64,000 nucleotides of DNA, from positions 9,170,815 to 9,234,814 of the forward strand of contig NC_057757.1 of NCBI RefSeq assembly GCF_004010195.1. The letters run 5' to 3'. The position numbers and the translations under genes are program-made. Of this stretch, positions 57,601 through 64,000 are shown one piece after another. The notes beneath the pieces were generated by a model. The model saw nothing but the letters and a program-made list of their open reading frames with translations, was not told the DNA's origin and did no database searches. Positions within the stretch are counted from its first letter, which is position 1. Every line of letters starts with the position of its first letter. Source of the DNA: Chiloscyllium plagiosum. Taxonomy: Eukaryota.

Positions 57601-60353
57601 GGACAAATTGTATTCCTGGAGGTGAGAGTTTGTCCAATACTCCTACCACAGATTCTCCACTCTTCTCTAGACCCTCTAGCCTCACTTTACATAACTGAGC
57701 ACTTTTTGTCTCACCATGGATTCTGTTACCAGTACCATTTCTGGCAATAGTCCCTCAGGAGTCCATATCTCCTCATCCTTCAGCATCACAAACTGAGAGG
57801 ATCCTGTGTCCTTTAATATTGTAACCTCTTTACCTGCTGCTCCTGGCCTATGTGAATAAACGTTACCCTTGCATGTATATTTTTTAAGCAGATCCGGCAC
57901 TTCCTCCTTAACCAATCTCTGATCATCTTGTGCACTCTGAGGCAGTTGTCTAACTTCCTTTGTGCTTTTTGTTACTAGCCCAACAAAACTCCCAGCCTTG
58001 TCTGGTTTCCCTACATCTGGCTTTCTCCTAGCCCACCAACACTGTGATTTTGTGTGGCCCACTTTATGACATTGAAAACACTGGAGCTTTTTAATTTCTT
58101 TGTCTCCCTCTAGGGTGTCTTTTTTACCCTGTAGCAAGTTATCCTTGTGATCTTCACTCAAATCTACCTTTCCCTTTTCACGTGAGGCTTTCTCTTTGCC
58201 CCAGTTTCTATCCCTCATGGACTGAAATTGATTCTGGAAGCCAAATTATGTTTTACGGACCAGGTCATGATCATCAGCCCCTTCAGCTGCTAACATCGCT
58301 GCTTTAACTCTCTGCTCTTCCACATGTGTTCGCACTACTTCAGGCAGTGAATTTCTGAATTCCGTCAAAATAATTACCTCTCTAAAGGCATCATAGGTTT
58401 GCTCGATTTTTAAAGCTATTATCCATCTATTGAAATTACTCTGTTTGATCCTTTCAATATAGGTTTGACCAGGGTCCCACTTTAGATTCCTAAAACGTTG
58501 TCTATAGGCATCTGGTACAAGCTCATATGCACTTGGAATGGCTATTTTCACCTCCTCATACTCCCCCGATACCTCCTCTGATAGTGATGTGAATATCTCA
58601 CTAGCTGAAAATGTGTTGCTGGAACAGCGCAGCAGGTCAGGCAGCATCCAGGGAACAGGAGAATCGACGTTTCGGGCATAAGCCCTTCTTCAGGAAGGCT
58701 TATGCCCGAAACGTCGATTCTCCTGTTCCCTGGATGCTGCCTGACCTGCTGGGCTTTTCCAGCAACACATTTTCAGCTCTGATCTCCAGCATCTGCAGAC
58801 CTCACTTTCTCCTCGAATATCTCACTAGCCCTACTGACAAATTTTGTTTGGATCAACAAAACCCACATTGCCACTGGCAATTGCATTTGTTTAGCCACCT
58901 TTTCAAATGAGATGAAAAAGGCTTCCACATCCTTCTCATCAAATTGAGGCAATGCCTGAACATACGTAACCAGTTTCTCACTCGGCTCCTGACCACCAGG
59001 GGCTTGCTCATCCTCACTCTCCTCCTCACTAAGCCTACCCTCAGCCTTTATCTCCAGCCTTTTCAGCTGACTTTCCTTTTTAAGTGTCAGTTTTTGAAGT
59101 TCAAAAGCTCTCTCTTTTTATTTCTCTGCTCTCATTCCCCCTCTTTTCTGCTGCTGCTCTCTTTTTCCCTCTCTTCTGCTTTTGATCATAACTCAAACTG
59201 TCCCATTTCTGCTGCCTTTTCCTTATCTGTCCCCTCTAACTCAAGCTGCTTCACTGGCAGTTGTATTCTTGCCATCTCGATAGATTCTGATGATTTCTCT
59301 GGCATTTTTAAATGCTGAGCTACTGCTGTAATTATCTCTCCTTTCCTCACATAGCACATAGAACATTACAGCGCAGTACAGGTCCTTCGGCCCTCGATGT
59401 TGCGCCAACCTGTCATACCAATCTGAAGCCCATCTAACCTACACTATTCCATGTACGTCCATATGCTTGTCCAATGACGACTTAAATGTCCAATCCAGTC
59501 AGGTCAGCTAATTCCTGCAATTTGGTCTTATTCACCTTTTGCAAAACTTCCAAGGCCACTGCGTCCACATCCAGTAAACTTCTGATGACTGAAAGAGCCA
59601 TTACTGTCCCAAACTTTGTCTACCCAACCAAACCAACACCCGAAATCAAGACACTAGTACCTACCACTTGCTGTTTAAAATCCCACAAAGAGCCCTCAGT
59701 CTATTATGGACTAGGCCAGACCACTCAGAACATTTTTAAGATGGCAGCCCCAGACCATAACTTTGCAATTTGTTTTGGTCAGTGGACAGTGAAAATTACC
59801 CAGATTAAGTTAGCTAGGTTGACTACTAGATTTTAAAACAGACAAAACATTATTCACAAAATTACACAATGAAACACAAAGAACAGAATAAAAAACCCCG
59901 ACAGAACTCAAGCAATCCAACTAGACTGAATTATGCTGTTTCCAAATAGACACAACAGTCCCAATAAGCAAACTCCCTTTAAAACCCAGTATAAATGGAA
60001 CACATGCTTACAGGTTGAAGATGAAGGGCAGAAAAGAGAGAGTTTCCACACAGCTCACTGTTGAGCTCCTCACCAGTTCAAAACTGAACTAAAAACTGCT
60101 CAGCTCAGCTAGAGAGCTGACCACTCTCCTTTCATTATACAGGTCACTTCTAAGACATGACCACTTTGGCCTGAAGTCTCATTTGTTTACATATAAACAA
60201 AAGGCCCCTCAAAACCCTTTTCATCTCTGTACCAAACCAGACTGATCGGAGCCCGGCCCGGTTTATTGCCCCTCTAAAAAAAAAGCCAAGGACACAGAGT
60301 CAATTTGAGCTCAGGAACAGCTTTTAGAAAAAAAAGGGACTAGCTTTGTGACA
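54689..60353 (-). mobile_element. Gmr1-type Ty3/Gypsy LTR retrotransposon (LTR-gag-PR-IN-RT-RH), degraded, cut by gap
   Basis: LTR 60353-59702; gag AYELVPDAYRQRFRNL and knuckle CFQCHKVGHTKSQC; PR ILKDTGSSQ; IN GGHF...HFYWPGL, IDCIGPLP, QSDQGSNFTS (56.9-55.8 kb); RT PIKQHPYR, PATFQRL, YIDD (55.6-54.8 kb); RH DYTKPFKVAIDAS. Nested V-SINE 56893-57204, hairpin 58606-58814, CR1 tail ~59355-59490. Confidence 0.95.
58606..58814. mobile_element. Young family A Penelope-like hairpin insertion with up to 15-bp TSD and intact hammerhead core (58661-58696, minus)
   Basis: GAATATCTCACTAGC at 58591-58605 and 58815-58829; near-perfect inverted arms; TTC-CTGAAGA-A-GGGC-ttat-GCCC-GAAAC-GTC-GAT. Confidence 0.9.
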
Positions 60354-63300
60354 CACTCTCTGTAAAACAAAATCCTTAGCCCCTCACATCTGGTTTGAAC
60401 TTGCCCCTCTCACCTTAAAAGCGTGTCCCCCAGTCTTAAACATTTCAACTCTGGGAAAAATGTTCTGATTGCCAACTCTATCAAGCACCTCATAATTTAA
60501 CAGATTTTTATCAAATCTCCACCACAGCTTTTGCCACTGCCAATAACATACCCTGAGTTTTTCCAGCCTCTCTTTATAGCTCATACCCTCTCATCCAGGC
60601 AGCATCCTGGGAAACCTCTTCTGTTCCCTCTTCAAGGTCTCCACACTCTTCCTGGCGTGGAATGGCCAGAATTGAATGCAATCGTCCAAGTGTGGCCTAA
60701 CCAAAGTCTTACAAAGCTACAACGTGACATCCTGACTCTTGTACTCATTGCCCTGACTAATAAAAGTGAGCATGCTGGGTATATGAATAGGAAGGGTTTG
60801 GAGGGATATGGCCAGGTTCTGGCAGGTGGGACTAGATTGGGTTGGGATATCTGGTCGGCATGGACGGGTTGGGCTGAAGGGTCTGTTTCCATGCTGTACA
60901 TCTCTATGACTCTATGCCATATGCCTTCTTTACCATCCAATCTAATTGTGCGACCAACTTCAAGGAGGTATAGACTTGGACTGCAAGATCCCTCTGGACA
61001 TCAATGTTGTTCAGGGTCCTGCCAAAACTGTATACTTTTTCTTCATATTTGATCTCTGAAAGTGCATCACCTCACTCTTACGCAGATTAAGCTTCATCTG
61101 TCATTACTCAGCACATATCTGCAGCTATATCCTTTGACAACCTTCCACACTATCCACAACCCCACCAATCTTTGTGTCATCTACAAATGTACTGAATCAT
61201 CCCTCCACATTTTCAGCCAAGTAATTTATATACATCACAAACTGCAGAGGAACACCACTAGCCACAGACCTCCAGTCAGAGAAACACTCTTCCACCACTA
61301 CCCTCTGCCTTCTATGGTCAAGCCAATTCTCAATCCACATGGCCAAGTCACTATGGAAACCACGCACCTTAATCTTCTGGATGAGCCTATCATGAGCGAC
61401 CTTGTCGAAAGCCTTACTATAATCCATGTAGACAACATTCACTGCTCCACCCTCATTGATCACCTTTGTCACCTCCACGTAAAATCCAATCAAGTTAGTA
61501 AAACATGCCCTCCCTCACATAAAGCAATGCTGACTGTCCCTAATTAGGGCATGCTTTTCCAAATGCATGTAAATCCTATCCCTAAGAATTCTCTCCAATA
61601 ACTTGAAAACCATCGATGTGAGACCCACAAATCTACAGTTTCCTGGATTATCCCTATTTCCCGTATTTGAACAGAGGAGCAACATTAGCTCCTTGCCAGT
61701 CCTCCAAGACCTCTCCAGTGGCTAGTGAGGGCACAAAGATCTTGGTCATGATCCCAGCAATCTCCTCTCTTGTGTCTCTCAATAACCTGGGGTAGATACC
61801 ATCGGGCCCTGGGGACTTTTCCACCTTAATGCTTGTCAAGAGACCCAACACCATTTTCTTTCTTGATTTCAAAATGCCTGAGCACATGAGCATATAGAAC
61901 ATAGAATATTACAGCGCAGTACAGGCCCTTCGGCCCTCGATGTTGCGCGGACCTGTCATACCAATCTGAAGCCCATCTAACCTACACTATTCCACGTACA
62001 TCCATACGCTCCACACTAATCTCACCGTCCTCCATATCCTTCTCCTGGGTGATTACCGACATAAAGTATTCAGTTAGGATCTCACCCACATCTTCTCCCT
62101 CCAAACACAAGTTCCCTCCTTGACCCTGGAGTGGGCCTACCCTCTCTCTAGTTACTCTCTTGTTTTTAATGTATGTATAGAATATCTCGAGACTCTCTCT
62201 AACCCTATTTGCCACGATCATTTCATGCTCCCTCCTCATTATCCTTATTCCCTGCTTGAGTACTCTCCTGCTTTCTTTATGTTCCTCATGGGCCCTGTCC
62301 GATTTTAGCCTAAAACTTACAAATGCTTCTGTTGTCCTTTTGACTAAAATCACAACCTCCCTCGTCATCCAAGGGACCCTTACCTTGCCATCCTTGTCCT
62401 TCCTCCTTCCTGGAACATGCTGGTCCTGGACTCTTGAACAGTAGGTCTTCAAACAGCTCCCACATGTCAAATGTGGACTTGCCTGAGAATCACCCCCTCC
62501 CAATTAACCCTCCCTAGCTCCTGCCGAATACTGATGTAATGTGCCCTCCCCCCAATTTAGTACCTTCCTCCAAGGTCTTGACTTATCCTTATAGCTATCT
62601 TAAAATGCAAGGAGTTGTGATCACTGTTTGCAAAATGCACTCCCGCTGAAAGGTCAGTCACATGACCAGGCTCATTCACCAATACAGGGTCTGGTATGGC
62701 CCCTCCTTTAGTTGGACAGTCCACGCACTGTTTCAAGAAACCCTCTTGGATGCACTTAACAAATTCAACCCTGTCTCAGTCTCTTACTCTAAGGGAATCC
62801 CAGTCAATATTGGGGAAATTAAAGTCACCCACACCATGCTGTTATTGCATTTTTCCATAATCTGCCCACACGTCTGTTCCTCAATATCTTGGTGGCTGTT
62901 TGGGGGCCTGTCGTATAATCCCATCAAAGTGATTGCACCCATTTTATTTTTGAGCTCTCCCCATACTGCCTCAGGGGATTAGCTCTCCTGTGTGCCCTCT
63001 CTGACTGCAGATGTGACATTCCCCCTAGTTGGTCACACAGCTCCTCCACCTCTTCTATTCCCCCCCAGCCACCCGCCCCTCTCTATCTCATCCAAAACAA
63101 CAAAACCCTGGAATTTTGAGCAGCCAGTCCTATCCCTCTCTCACCCAAGTCTCTGTAATGGCCACAACATCATAGTCCCATGTACTGATACAAGCTCTCA
63201 GCTCATCTGCATAACCTATAATAATCGTTGCTTTGATATAAACACGCTTCAGCCCATCAGTCCCATCGTGTTCATTTACCTGTCTCTGCCTGTCCTCCCC

Positions 63301-63522
63301 TTCCTAACATTGACCTTTCCCTCAATCCATCAACTTGCTGCTCTGGTTCCCAGACCCCTGCCACTCTCGGTTAAACCCTCCCTGTGAGGATATTTATTCC
63401 CCCTCCAGTTTAGGTGCAACCCGTCGCTCTTGTACAGGTCACCCCTTGCCCCAGAAGAGATCCCAATGCTCCAGGAACCTGAAGCCCAGCCCCCTGCAGC
63501 AGCTCCTCGGCCATGCATTCAT
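60354..63522 (-). mobile_element. Near full-length degraded CR1 LINE with ORF1 esterase (SGNH) end
   Basis: ORF1 WDLFWG.GDLYKSDGLHLN; ORF2 KSPGPDGIYPRLL, VYMDYSKAFDKV, WLDHRRQRV; short CR1 tails nested at ~60778-60916 (opposite strand) and ~61893-62007. Confidence 0.9.
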
Positions 63523-64000
63523 GATTGGCCAAGGAATTGAGCCGGTTGAGTGAAACAGAAAACTATAGGCTCCCCAAGGTCTCAAGGCCCGAGCGCATGT
63601 GAGGAATGGATCGGACACAGAAAGGAACCAACTCACCTTGGCCGTCTGCGTGGCTCCCAGCGCACTCGGGATTGTTCAGAGTCTTCAGGAGCCTCTCGTT
63701 TCCCAGGGTTGTGACATCTTTGTCGCTTTCTTTCTGAAAAGGTAGTGGAGGCCGAATATTTATAAGTTTGAGATAGATGCTCGACAAAGAAGGAGGCAAA
63801 AGGTTAACGGGGTTCGACAGGAACGAGATTTGAGGCTGTCATCAGGTCAGTCAGGATTTTGGCGAAGGCAGGGCAAACCCCAACAGCTGATTGGCCAACC
63901 CCTGGTTCATTATCATCATTTATTGCTGAAAAGGGCGTAAGTCAGTTTACTTGTGGAACCAAACAGCACCCTTTCCTCATAAATTGTTGTGGTAGTTTGA

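Noticed and set aside
7836..60353. The two related LTRs as ends of one giant element
   Set aside because: They are in opposite orientation, clearly diverged, and separated by three scaffold gaps.

Overview
Eukaryotic, repeat-dominated genomic DNA from a cartilaginous fish (inferred from HE1-type V-SINEs, HER1/CR1 LINEs and an elasmobranch-style GPR139-like receptor; probably a shark). It has seven N-gaps, three of exactly 500 N, so contiguity across those is uncertain. No intact protein-coding gene is evident. Contents: about 20 tRNA-derived V-SINEs, six carrying an internal 53-bp tandem array; CR1, L2 and a third LINE family; a decayed class I endogenous retrovirus with gag-pro-pol-env (38.2-44.3 kb, minus); a Gmr1-type Gypsy element with integrase upstream of RT (54.7-60.4 kb, minus) plus a related solo LTR; a second canonical Gypsy relic (28.3-31.4 kb); a Tc1/mariner-type MITE; a GPR139-like GPCR pseudogene; a candidate last exon with a long 3' UTR; and a pair of unidentified paralogous exon-like segments. 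The most striking signal is a set of short Penelope-like insertions, many of them inverted (hairpin) repeats. At least six sequence families carry a minimal type I hammerhead ribozyme core (CUGANGA-[extra nt]-stem II-GAAA-palindromic stem III-NUH) with fully different but paired stem II sequences. Ribozymes in Penelope-like elements are known in general; their diversity, density and breakpoint behaviour here are the things worth testing. All assignments are by eye; no searches or folding programs were run.
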